Positions 1 to 12,700 of a stretch of DNA of 64,000 nucleotides are shown piece after piece (the stretch's first letter is position 1; each line of letters begins with the position of its first letter). A program made the position numbers and the translations under genes. The stretch is from Thalia democratica (taxonomy: Eukaryota): contig OZ241826.1 in NCBI GenBank assembly GCA_965202585.1, forward strand, positions 42,284,001 through 42,348,000. The letters run 5' to 3'. Under the pieces are notes generated by a model that was not told the DNA's origin, ran no database searches, and saw only the letters and a list, made by a program, of their open reading frames with translations.

Positions 1-386
1 CCATTTAGGTTTGAAAGTTTTACTACTCTGCTTCAAGATGCAAATCATTTTTTTCTCAACTAAAATTTAATCACGTTTGTAAGTTTACCAACAAAATATA
101 AGTTTCAAGGCTAGCAATACCAAAAACAACAGGTACTTTGTTTTTGGTTGAATTTCGTTACTAAACTTTGTAACTTTAAAAACTTTCAGTAAAGGTTTTT
201 ATTTCATTTTGCAGGTTAATTTGAAACAAAAACAACAACAGAGTTAGAAGAAGAAACTATTATAACATAACATTGACTAATTTTGTTAAAAAAATATTGT
301 GAAATAAGTAGACTGTTTATTATCTCTTATTCAACATTTCTAGTAAAAAAACTTTTATGATTTACTTTCATGAACAGGCAACTCAC

Positions 387-483
387 TGTGGTACGAGAAC
401 ATGGAGTGAGGAAGGCCGATTTCAGGATGATTCGGGATCATTCCTGGGTGGTATCCGTTCACTCCCGGTTTCATGTAGCTCAT
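387..483 (-). CDS. otx: First coding exon of a second Otx paralogue (Otx-B); the gene continues beyond the window start
   Basis: Minus strand reads ATG AGC TAC ATG AAA CCG GGA GTG AAC GGA TAC... = MSYMKPGVNGYHPGMIPNHPEIGLPHSMFSYH, 17/32 identical to exon 1 of Otx-A ([31 protein letters not shown]). It ends with the same CAC A|gtgagt phase-1 donor and is preceded by the acceptor tttcag|AAG ATG (AG at 487-488). The homeobox is not in the window, so the call rests on N-terminal paralogy. Confidence 0.85.
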
Positions 484-676
484 CTTCTGAAACAGACTCT
501 GATCACTGTGAACAAAATAAACTGTTTTATTATAGTTTTTTTACACCAACATAAAATATGAGTAAGCAAAAGAAGTTTAACACACAAAGTGTTTATATAT
601 AACAAAAATAAAATTGTTTAATTTTTTGTTATGGTGTTTCTTCTATACATAAGTAGTTAAAAACTGTTGAACTTAC

Positions 677-758
677 TTGGGTGAGTTTGGGTAGTTCATT
701 GCTTCAAGCTTAGTTTTTCCAATTAATAATAAAAACAATGTCTACTTAACTAATAGAC
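677..758 (-). other. Putative 5'UTR exon of Otx-B
   Basis: Acceptor ctcttttgcag|G (AG at 759-760) and donor CAA|gtaagt (671-676). The 190-nt intron to coding exon 1 mirrors the 184-nt UTR intron of Otx-A. Confidence 0.5.
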
Positions 759-3700
759 CTGCAAAAGAGTGTTCGATTTAGTACTTTAAAAATTTGTTAA
801 CGTAAAGGCTTTATACTTAGTTAGAAACAAATATCACAGTAAATTCCAAGTATTAAATGCTTAAAACAATTAAAAATCCAAACTATAAATTTACAAGATT
901 GATATTTGATCTCAAGAATTGCAAGTATATATATCGAAAAGTTTTGAAAATAGTATTTTGGTTTCGTTCTTTAGAAATAAGTTTTCACAGAACTTTGGTC
1001 ACTATAAATAGTGTAAGAATTTAAAACAAAATTCTTTTCATTTTTCCTCCTGCTTTTCCGCATTATAACTCAAGTCACCGACTACTTTGTTTCATTGAGC
1101 GTAACATTAATTAGCTGGAAACTTTTTAAGTGCCTCAAAACCTCATTGGCCGGTGTGCCAAGCGAAGTTATCCTCTTTTGAAGGAAGTGGTGACCGCGGC
1201 ATGCTCGGAATTAACAAACTGACTTTCACCACCATTTACTTACATTGTCTGCGCAGTGCTTCGAGCCCCGTTGGGATTTTCGCTTTTAAAAGCTTTTTAA
1301 TTTGTTTAAACAGCGAAACGTGGAAATCAATGGGCTTAGCTCGCCAAAGAAAATCACGCAGTTTCAGTTGAACTTAGCAAGTTTGAAATTTTTGTTGTCT
1401 ATGTGCGAAGTTGTTTTATAGTTGTAGGTTTGGATATTTAAAAAATACTATAAAATCACGATTTTGGTTTTTGAAATGGTCAAGAAAAGCAATAAAATGG
1501 CCCTAAGAGCACGTCTGGAAGAAACAAAAATCACAAAATCAAACCAGAGCAACAATCAAAACAAGTCAAACTGATATCAAGTTCACCAAACACAAAGTTT
1601 ATCACCTCACAACCGACAGCTTTGTCGTGGAAAAATTCATTTTGTAATCGAACGATGATGCGCGTGATCTGCTGGTGCTAATTGACTTCACAGAAAACAA
1701 ATCAAACTTGAGCCAATCGCTTCAAAGCTCCATTACAACGTCCAACCACGCTTTAGGTGCCTCAGGCTACATTCTAGTGCTTTGATTATTTCGCCTGATG
1801 GTAGCACGCATAAGCTCTTAATTACAAATTTGTTATCTGCTCGGCATCGAAATTCTTTTTACTAAGTGACCGGTTTAACAGATAGGTTGGATTTTGTTGT
1901 GCAAAATATTTTTTTCTGCTTTTTACCTGTGCAGTTTTAAACTAAGAGATGTCCACTAACTTACGATAAGAAAGATTTGACAAAGTATCGAAAGTTTAAG
2001 ACAATTTATAAAAAATCCATATCATAAGGTTTATAGTTTAGTAATTCAAATGATGTCATAGGTATTTGAATGTGGTCAGCATTGGAAAATTAATTTTCAG
2101 TTTTGCATATTTTAGTGTATAAGCCTCGAAGTCACATTCCAAAAACCAAAACGTTACTGATACATTTTGTAAATTTACCAAAACGAAAAACTAACAGCTC
2201 CGAAAATTCTACCAGAAAGTAAAATTAGTTCCACTTATTTTAAAAACACAGGAAACAGCCTTTTACGACAAGTTTATCTTGAAAAGCAAGCGGGTCGCCG
2301 CTTTGAACTGTGGCGAGTGACAACCGAAAACAAAGGTCGGGCAGATAGGCCCAGCGTTTCAGTCGTCTCGCTTATGCGCCGCGGAGACAGCAGAAAAAGT
2401 GGTCGATATTATCGGCTTTTGATGTTGACAGTTGTGAACTCTTTGTATAAACATTGTTTATTAAACACATGAACAACTTGACTTGTTGGAGAATTTAAAG
2501 GAAAGCGAAATTGTTTTAACCCGTTTTGTTAAAGCTTGAGTGAATAAGGGTGGTAGATTATAAAATATAGGTATAAGAAAACTATTGAACTACTTAAAAG
2601 CTTATGAATAAACAATGTAATTATATATCTTTGAATCATCATATTGCTTATTTCACTTTAAATTTAAACCTTAAATTAACAAATTCAACAACTCTTTTCT
2701 AAAGTACTGACAATAAAATTTTTACAAAGCAACAGTCTTTGTTTACATGTTTTAACAAAAACTGTATTATTTAGATAATATTGTAATATAATAAAGACAC
2801 AAACCCATTATTCCTAGTTTAATTTTGTATAATGGCTATATACAAAGAAAAAACACGTTTGATATGAAAGCATCTTTTTAGAAGTTGATTAAATTAGATA
2901 AAACTTGCGTAAAATTTAAAACAAAACTTTGTTAGATGTATTAAATTGGTTCTACAGTTTTTAGTTAAAAAGAACCATACCGTTGGAAACAAACCCTGAC
3001 CCTTTTTAAACAAAGAAAAAAGAAAAAAGTAACAAAATGGCGTCTGGGCGCTCAAGCGGCCAACTGAGTTGAATCGATCGAAAATACAAACAAATTTTGC
3101 GCAGCATGTAAGCCGATTAAAGATGCACTTTGTTTACCAAACTTCATGCTAAATCATTTTCACTTTTTCTTTCAGCTTTTTACGGGAGCTAGCATGGATG
3201 GATGTTTGTTTTTTTATTTCTTAACTAAGTTTCCTAAAGCTAGACGGTTTTTACCTTGCTTAAAACAAAAAAAAACATAATTAACATTGGTAAAATAAGA
3301 TCAGTTAAACTAAATAAAACTGTTAAACTACTTATAAAGAATGTCTTGATTTAAAACTAAGTTTTTTTTAAATTTAGAACATATAACCAAGCCTTTTATA
3401 TTGATGTTATTAAAAAAACTTAAACTTAAAAGTGTTCGTTGTTATTCTAAAATATCCTGTATAGTTGTATATTTAATTAGTGTTTTTGGAAAAAAAAAAC
3501 TATATTATTTTACAACTGAATACAAATAAAATATGCTATTTATTAATAAATGAATTTCACTAAATCTATTGAAAAACATAACTCAATAAACAGAAAACAA
3601 ACAACATTCGAAAAAGTTAATATAGCTTTGTTTTTTCTATCTACTTAAACTTAAATACTATTGAGTGTTTCCAAACTATATTTAAACATAAGCTGAATTA

Positions 3701-6700
3701 ACTTCAGTACCATTTACCTGCTCTGTTAAGTTATTATGACAACATAGCGGTAACCTCCCTACTTCTATCTAGTGACTGGCGATTGTTATAAAAATGAATG
3801 AGAGGTATATGAAGAATACAATATAAATAATGTTTTTGGTCATGGTTAAATACTGATTGCTCCTTTGTTATAAATGCATAAACTTTGTTATCATAGCTGT
3901 TCATCAGTGGTTGGAAAATTGTCTGCTTACAAAGGTTTAGCAATCTTTAAACCTGATATCAAAAACATTCTGACTTTGTCTATTTTATTAAAAATTTAAA
4001 AATGTAATATTTTTTTTATGTTGTTTGATAACAAACAGTCAGTATAAGTAGCTTAAAAAAAGTTACAGATAACAGCTTTTTTAAATGTGCTATACTTTAA
4101 GATTATTTTTATAATTGGTACTAAGGTTTAAACTGAATAAAAAAAGACTTGCAAAGTTTTGCCTTAATAGTATCTGTCTAGCTAAAGTAAAACTAAATAT
4201 AAGTGAATTCTATAAAACAAGGGTTGAACATTTTTTTACTTCCGTGTTGACACTTTTTTATAAATCTTTTTTTTCTTTTTGCATCTTAAGTGTTCACTAA
4301 ACTGCAATTAACTAACAATTTTCAACACCTTCTAATTGATTTAAAAAAAAAATGCTGTATGCAAATACTTAACAGTGGTGCTTCCTTGTGATAATCGGAT
4401 TAAAAATTTTCAGTGGTGTTGTATAAGAAGGGTTTATAATCCAAGCCACTTGAAAAAATCACCCCACAACAGTCTAAAATGCAAGTGTATGCTAATTAAA
4501 ATTATATGATATTTTGCTTTTAATTTCAAGTATGGTTTATTTATGTTTCCCTATGCTTAAGTAGGACTTTTTTAAAAGACTCTTGTTATTTATAATTTCA
4601 AGAAGATTCTTGATACATGTTCTTAACATTTTTGAAAGTTTTGAAAAACTTCAATCACTGGCTGAATTTCTCACAGAACAAATGAAATATTATAGATCAC
4701 AAAGAAAATTATAGAGTATTTGGTTGCTTTGTAAATATTTTAAAATTGATAACGTTTTAAAAACTATCTCCATTTTTAATGTTTGGAAGCATTTATGAGT
4801 AGTTGTTTAAAACTCGAACGAGTAAATTGGTTTAGTGTAAATAGTTAACTTTAAAAAGTACAAGTATAGATTTGCGTACAAACTTGAAAGCTTGACCGAA
4901 AGTTTGAATAAAACAAATTTTTATATCAAAGCCGTTTAGCGCCACTGTGTGGTCAATAAATTTCAATTGAACTAATTGTTTTATTTATTCCGTGAAAACA
5001 GTGCTTGTAAATTTTTTGTTGTTATAAGGACAAAAGTTTGGTATATAGTTATTAAAACTTTTGCTAATGAAATATTTCTTTTATTTTATAAATAAACTAA
5101 TTCGAACTGAGTTGTTAACATGTATTAAAGATTATAAAAAACGAAAACGTCTTAAAGAACAGTAATACTTTTTTAATAAACTTAAGTTTATAAAATATTT
5201 AGTATTATTAAGTTATACATCATTCAAACTTTACAAAAATAAACTGTTTAGTAAAAGTTGCTGATGATAAAACTTATTTAAAATTTAATAAATATATAAA
5301 AAAAAAATTAAGCAACTTTAAACATTTTTAAAAACCTGTTACCATTAAACTTAATCTTTATAAAAACAGATAATAAAAGTTGTTCAAGAAACCTGTAAAA
5401 AATATAGCAAAACAACTTTTTATTTTAACATAATTTTACGTGCTTTTATTTTCTTAAATAAGGATATTTATATTTCAAAACTCATTTGACTTTAAGTTAT
5501 TTACTCATAAAACAAATAACAACTTAAATTTACCTAATAGGTTTTGCTTTTAAGCGTAACAAAATAGTTTTTTAAAATAATTTTTACTTCAACATTTATA
5601 CAAAAGTTTCATTATTGAAACATACGACAAAATAGCTGAAATTTTTTTAATGTTGTTTTTCGACTTATTTACTTGTTGTTTTATTTTTTAATTTTTTAAA
5701 TACTATTGCAACTAACTTATTATTACAAAAATAATTTGGTAGCTTAAAAAAAAATTCTAAATGAAGTACTATTGAATCCTAAAGTTTATATTTTAATTGT
5801 CATTTATTTACAACAGTTCCTTACTCTTACAAAATTTAAATGTAAGTACAATTAAATACCACTGTCAACAAATGTTCAATTAATCTTGTAGTTTAAAACA
5901 AACTGACTTTATTTGATCAGTCAGATTAAAGACAAACTGTGTTCGTAACTTACTTAAGAAAATTAAATATGTATTTTAACCTCACGGTAAACTTAAGTAA
6001 AAGAAAAGTCACTCAGTTTTATATTTTTGATTTTAGCTCTAAGTCCTGCTTTGCTAAGAACTCAACTCGTAAACAAAAAAATAATTGTTATCCAACCTCA
6101 AACTTTTCTGAAGTATTTTTTTTCTAACACTTTATTTTTCAACTCACGATAACACCTCGGCTGTTTTTATAAAAAAGATATCGCATGAGAAGTACCATAG
6201 TTTTTGAAAATATTTTCGGCGCTTTTGCTTTTTACAGAAAGCAATTTGGCAGTGCAATTTTCGGATTAACTTTTTCAACCAGACTCACTTATCAATTCAT
6301 TTTGCTATCTGGTGTCAGTCGTAATAAAAGTCGTTGTAAGGCCCGTGTAACCAGCAACATGTATATATACATAGAGGCCTTTCTATTTTTAACGGGTTAT
6401 ATAAGGGTGCGTTTCAGTTTTTATTTTAAACGTGAGTGTTGTTTAAAAATAGATTTGTTTAAAGTTTTGGTTAAGATGGAAAGTTCTATGGACCAGTGTT
6501 TTAGAAAAATAGCACTGTTGACTAGTAAAGTCAGAATTCATAATTTAGGTAAACTTATAACAAACTTAAGCCTTGAAATCATAAAACCAATGTAAGTAAT
6601 AAAAAAAAATCATATACATCAGTTAAAATGCATTAACACCTCATAATTTTTTTTCAACAAAAATTTATTAAACCTAAATCGAAACGAAAATTACTTAGAT

Positions 6701-9700
6701 CAAAGCTTATTAGTTTAGATTCATGGACAGATAAACTTTTGTATTTAAAAATGTATTCATTTTAATTTATAACTTACTTTCAAATAAACTTACCTTCATG
6801 TGTTCTTGTTTTATATTTTTTGATTGAACAAAAATAATTATCTAGTTGTGCTTAATTAGTGCTTGATTTCAATTGTTTTTACCATAAATAAAACGATTAA
6901 ATGATTAATTATCTTAATGACACTTAAAACTGGTGATTAATTTTTGAAAAGTGATTAATAAGCATCGTAATTTGAGATGAACAAAAAGTTAAACCCCCTC
7001 GAGAAAAACTACGGACGATGGCATCCACGTCTTAAACAGACATCGCTGTGAGCATTATTAATGTTTTGCTTAAACTGTTTACAAAACACTGCGTGGAAAT
7101 TATCTCTGCTTACGCTTAAGCCACGCGCTGCCATTTTGCGGAAAACTTTGCCTCGAAGCAATGTTGGGATAATGACCATAAACAAAAAAATACATTTTCG
7201 TTTAATTAAAATTGATAATTTTATTTTGAAGTTTTTGAAAGATAAACTAAACTTCTTTATTAGTATTTGTCTTTGGTTTTTTAAATATACTAATTATTTA
7301 TAAAACTATGGTGAATATAATTTTGCTGTCAAATCTTCTTTATAGATGCATTCTACCAAATTGTTTTTTTGTTACTTATCTTTTACTAGACTTAAAAATT
7401 ATTACTAAAATAAAACAGTTTTTTTTTTAGTTTTAAATCTTAACCCAACTTTTGTATCACACATACGTTAACAAACACCTCTCTAAAACCTCACTTTTAA
7501 CACACAAGCTGACTGAGCTAACTCGGCGATAACTCGCTTATTTCAAATATTTGATGCGCAACACTTGAACTCAATACATAAGAGTGCTTCAAAAAGAATC
7601 TCACCTTGCGAATGGAGAAACTAATCAGTCAGTTATACCTGCTTGTTTGGTGCAGGCCCGAGCCGAATGAAATCGCATCGCTTTTCAACGCGAACGTTTC
7701 GCTGGCGTCCGTTTTTCTCATTCTCTCGTTTTACTTCTCTCGTTTTCAGATTTGTCCGACACCTGTAGCGCTCCAGTGCCAACACTTTCGACTTGGTTTT
7801 TGCAAGCAAAGTATAATTTACCTAAATTTGATTGTTTTAACTTTAAAGAGTTGAATACAAATTAGCAAGGTTCTTTTGCTGTACCATTCAAAGCAAAAAT
7901 AAAAACTCTTTAGCGAACACTTTGCTTTGATGTTGCTTTTTCAAGAGAGTTTACTTTTATTTAACTTCGAGTCCAATTATATCTGTAGCTATCAATCTTA
8001 CTTATTGTTTGAATGTCTTTGTTTGATCAATAACCAAAAACAAAATAGTAGTAAATAACGGTGCAAAATATGGATAACTATAAACGGGAAAGTAAAGTAA
8101 AATTTACTTTTAAAAACTTGAAGTATTTTATTTAAATAACGTTTTGAGCGTAAATTTAACAATTTTTATAGAACAGTTTCCTTAAGAATTGGTATAATTT
8201 TTTTTTCAACTTTTACTAAGCTTTTAGGAAAACTAATTTTAAGACAAGTTATTAATACTTTATAATGAAAAGTTATTTTCATCATTCTTTCGAATTTACT
8301 TTTACAAGTAACTAGACATAAACACTCAATAAACAGACACAAAACATTAAAAAATCATCCTAAAAAACTTTTTCGAACTGTCCAAGCTCTTTGTGTATGC
8401 TTGACGCCGAAAGGAATGTGAAGAAACCCAAAACAAACTCGTGAAAAAGTTGAAATCTCGCGAAAAACAAGTATGCAAATTAGCGAAATAATTTTGATTA
8501 CGCGCGAATCACCGATTTTAGCGGAAACGCGTAATAATTGTTTGTTGTTAGTCTGGATACACGGTAGCCTGAAAAAGTGCAAATTATTTCGCTTTCGACG
8601 GCTGAATTGACGCTTTTATTGAATTGATGGATGAGTGTCTGCAAAGTATTGCTTAAGTCGTTGTTCTGAATTGTTTAATTGTTTTAAATAGAATTACGAC
8701 GTAGATTGGTAAAAATGTTTTTGCAAACAGTTTTTGTTTCTGTTTTAAAACAAGCTCAAACAAAAACTTTCGTTATTAAAATTTGTAAATAAATGTTTGT
8801 ATAAAAGTGTTACATGTTTTGAAGTCATTGTTCTGATAAGAGAATCAAAATATTATAAGAATGCAAACTAGTTTGAATATATTTAAATAAACAATAATAT
8901 TTATTATAATTCTTTTCAAACTTCGAAAACAATATAGAAGCTTAAATTTAGTTGTAACAGTTTTTCAACTAGTAAACCATTTATTAACTTAAAGTTACTA
9001 AGGTAAAAAAAAGCTTTGATTACATTTAAACTAGCTTCTACTGTACATGGAATTAAATCGAAGCTTAGAAAGATGTAGAATGTTCGAAGCTTATACTTCA
9101 AGTGTTAACAAAAATATTTTAAAAGTATATTGTGTTATTTAGTTTCTAGTTGTCAAGTACTCAAGTAAAAGTTGTATTACAGCATAGTACTACAAAAAAA
9201 AATATTGGTTAGCTGTAAAACTTAAAAAACTACACTAAAACATTTATAAAAAATTTCTTATATTTTTCTAACTTATTTGAAACAAGTAAAATTTATATTT
9301 TTTTAAAAGAATGTTTTTAACATTTACACAAAAAACAAAAATATTTCTAGTTTAAATAATAAAAAATATGAGTTTTACTAAAAGTTTGTAAATAACAATA
9401 AACAGAGTTCTCGAAATAAAAGTGTTATTAACAACTTATATAACTAAGTTTATTTAGAAAAAAAACATTGATTTAAACTTTCTAAAGGCTAAGATTTAAA
9501 CTTTTAGTTTATTAATAAAAAAGTTCCAAATTAAGAAACAATGTTTCAAGTGTTTAAAATAGGAAGTTCTGTAAGAGTTAAAATAGTTATATTAAAACTT
9601 TAGAGCTGGATTAAAGATGTACAACGTACATAAATATCTTATAATGGCCATGTTCAAATAATATTCCAACACCTTACAAGTCTATCAAATCATATAAACT

Positions 9701-12700
9701 TAAATTGTTGCTTATTAACTTAAAGCATTATTACAGCGTTTTTTGCTGTAGTGTTTGATATATAAGACACAAAAAGTATATATATTAAAAAATACACTTA
9801 AGAATAATAGTAATCAATTTTTTTCGTAACAAATAAACTGTAAATAAATCAATAAAACATAAACTGGATCTAACTTTAAATTTTCCTTTAAAAACAAAAT
9901 GCAGATGAAAATATTATGCTTTGTCTTACAACAATTTTAATAAATAAAGTCGACTTACTGAAGCATCCTTTCTGTAATACATTCAGATTAAAACTATTTT
10001 CACTAATTAAATTTTATTGCAAACTAACAGTTTTGTCACATTCAAACGACTTTGATTGATCGTTGGGTTGGCGGTGACCCGCAGACGGGCGGCGTCGCCA
10101 GCAGTGACGTTGCCTAGCAACCAAAACAAGCGTCCTGCCGACGAGCAGCTAATTGGTGCACTTCAAAATGCAACTTCCGCGCTTCTTCCGTCTTTTGTTT
10201 ACGACGAGCGACGACGGCGGCGAGATGAGAATATCGCAAACAATTCAGTTTTGTTTGGAGGCAAACAGCAGCTAAGATGTAGCGAGTCTTAACAGCGGAT
10301 CAGCGATCGAGCGAAATTGCTTTAATTGGCCGGGACCTTTCATGTGCCCGCTTGATAATATACATCAGTCTGCGATGGTTAATTTCTAAATATAGACGTG
10401 TTTGGTTGCGAAACAAACGGATTAATTGCTTCGTGTTTCTAATTTCGTGTGCTTCGTAGAGCAAGTCATGGAGTCACGATTCCTTGTTGGCTCGTGTTTA
10501 CTGTAAACCCGAGTCTTTTCTTTGAACGTCAGTGGTGGTTTTGTTTGTTTGCTACAATTTCGAGGTACATGCGCTGATTTGCAGAGCAACACGAGGGTAG
10601 ATTGGTAAATTAGATTTCGTGATGTTAGTGGTGGATGGAGTCAATAAAATGTCATCTAAAATGTTTTCCCTAAATCGAATGCTGTAAATTTATTTGTTTT
10701 TGTTAGCAAAAAGGAAAAATAAAGTAAGTAAGACAGGCAGTTGATAGTTTTGTATTAATGTTTGTCCTATAAACTTTTATTATTAAAATATTTTCATAGA
10801 AAAAAACTTAATTTTTTTTAACTTTGTATTTAAGTAAACTACTTGGTAATAGCTGAACGTGGCTTTCACACTTGATTTAATATAATTGAATATAATAAGA
10901 AAACAACTCGCAAATAAGACAGTTTAATTTGGGAAAACAAGCCCTTAAAGAATGCACAAAGAACAAAATTGCGTCGCTCATTTCGGCTATCAGTTGCCCT
11001 TGAAAAGACAAATTGTAATAGGATTTAGATTCAAATCAAAAGGACTTTCAACTGTAAGGCAACACTGTTTGTGGCAAGGTTGAATGTTTACTAGTTCACT
11101 TTGTTTAACACTTAGATTGGTCGAAGATAAGCTAAACTAGAAACAAATAAACCTTTTGATGGGTAAGTACTGAAAATAACCCTCTTTGCAACTGCTACTA
11201 AACATTTTAGTACTCAGCTTTAAATAGAAACGATTTACAGATGGATATTATTTACTTACATAGGGTGCTTAAGCCCACAGCTGTTAAAAATATTCAATCA
11301 GTTCAGTACGTCTTAAGTGAAGTATTAAACTTATGCAGGTTAAAGTTTTTAACCAGATTAAATCTTATCTTGGGAAGTGGAACAATCTTTGGTATATTAG
11401 CATATTCAGGAAAACCGCTTTGTCAGCTTAATTTATTAGCGGTTAGTTTTTATACTTTGAAAACTTAGATAATTAATTTTTAAACAGTTTTATAATAAAA
11501 TTAGAATTCTTTGAAAAATATTGATTATGATAGTTTATGTTCCTCATAAAAATTTTGAAATATAAATAGAAACTTTTACATAGCAATAACAGCAAAAAAA
11601 TAACATAATTAAAAGTAGGTTTTTAAAAACACAGTATCTACTTGAAGACTTAGATTTAAACTATTTGTACAAAACTTTATATAGTTTTAAGAAAAAATAG
11701 TGTTAGATTTTAGCTATTAGTAAGTAAAAAACAAAGTTTATATAGAATTAAAATAAATAATCAGCAATCAATATAGTACGAATCAAAATAAAATTTCAAA
11801 AATTAACCTTTGTTTTTTACTCTTATAAACATAAATGTAAACAAAGTTTCATTTACACGTTTAAAGCAACAACATATTAGAGTATTTTTGTAAACTTATT
11901 TCATAGCTAGTACATACTATAGAACAAAGCTAATTTAACAAATTTAAGATAAGATAAAATAAAACAATTAAAGTTTTAATTTACAACTAATAAAATTAGC
12001 TTTTAAGGTGTTGTCAGATAAAGTGTTCAATATTTGAAAGCAGTTGATTTCTGAGAACTTTTTTTTAACACAATAATGAATCAGTTTCAATAGTTTAGAC
12101 CCAGTACATGATTTTTTATCATTATTATTGATCACTTTAATTACACAAAATGTTTATACAAAGTAAAAAAAGTATTTAATGATCAAAAGTCTTACTATTT
12201 AGCTTATTGATTGCTTACTGCAAATCTATTAGAAAAAGGTACAACGCTTTTATTCAAGCCAATACTTTTTTACACACATACTACTTTTCAAATTTCCTTC
12301 TTCGTAAACATTGTTTTTAATAAAAAATATAAAAGATAAGCTTACTAGAATTTAACGAATGTAATTTATATGAAAAAATTTCGGAAAAAATTACTTTTCA
12401 GAAATTTCATGTGAAAGTATGCAAAAGTGTTGAGAATTTTACAAAATTAATTTAGCCCGCTAACACAACACTAAAACAAGATTTTTCTAACCCGCGTGTT
12501 GACGTTGCCACGGCGACTGCATTGGGGCGGAAGCGCACCGCGAAGTTGTGAAATAAAAAAGCAGTTTGAACAAACGGCACTTGATATGTGGAGTCTGCAG
12601 ACAGGCTGGCGCCATCAATGAAAATTGTTGGTTTTCGCTCAACGCCGAGCTCGGCCACCGACTTCAAACGGCGCGATTTGCCGCAAAACACACTCACGGC

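Noticed and set aside
6185-6595. 136-aa plus-strand ORF, the longest non-genic ORF
   Set aside because: Phe/Leu/Ile/Lys-rich composition typical of random AT-rich DNA; no domain or splice context.
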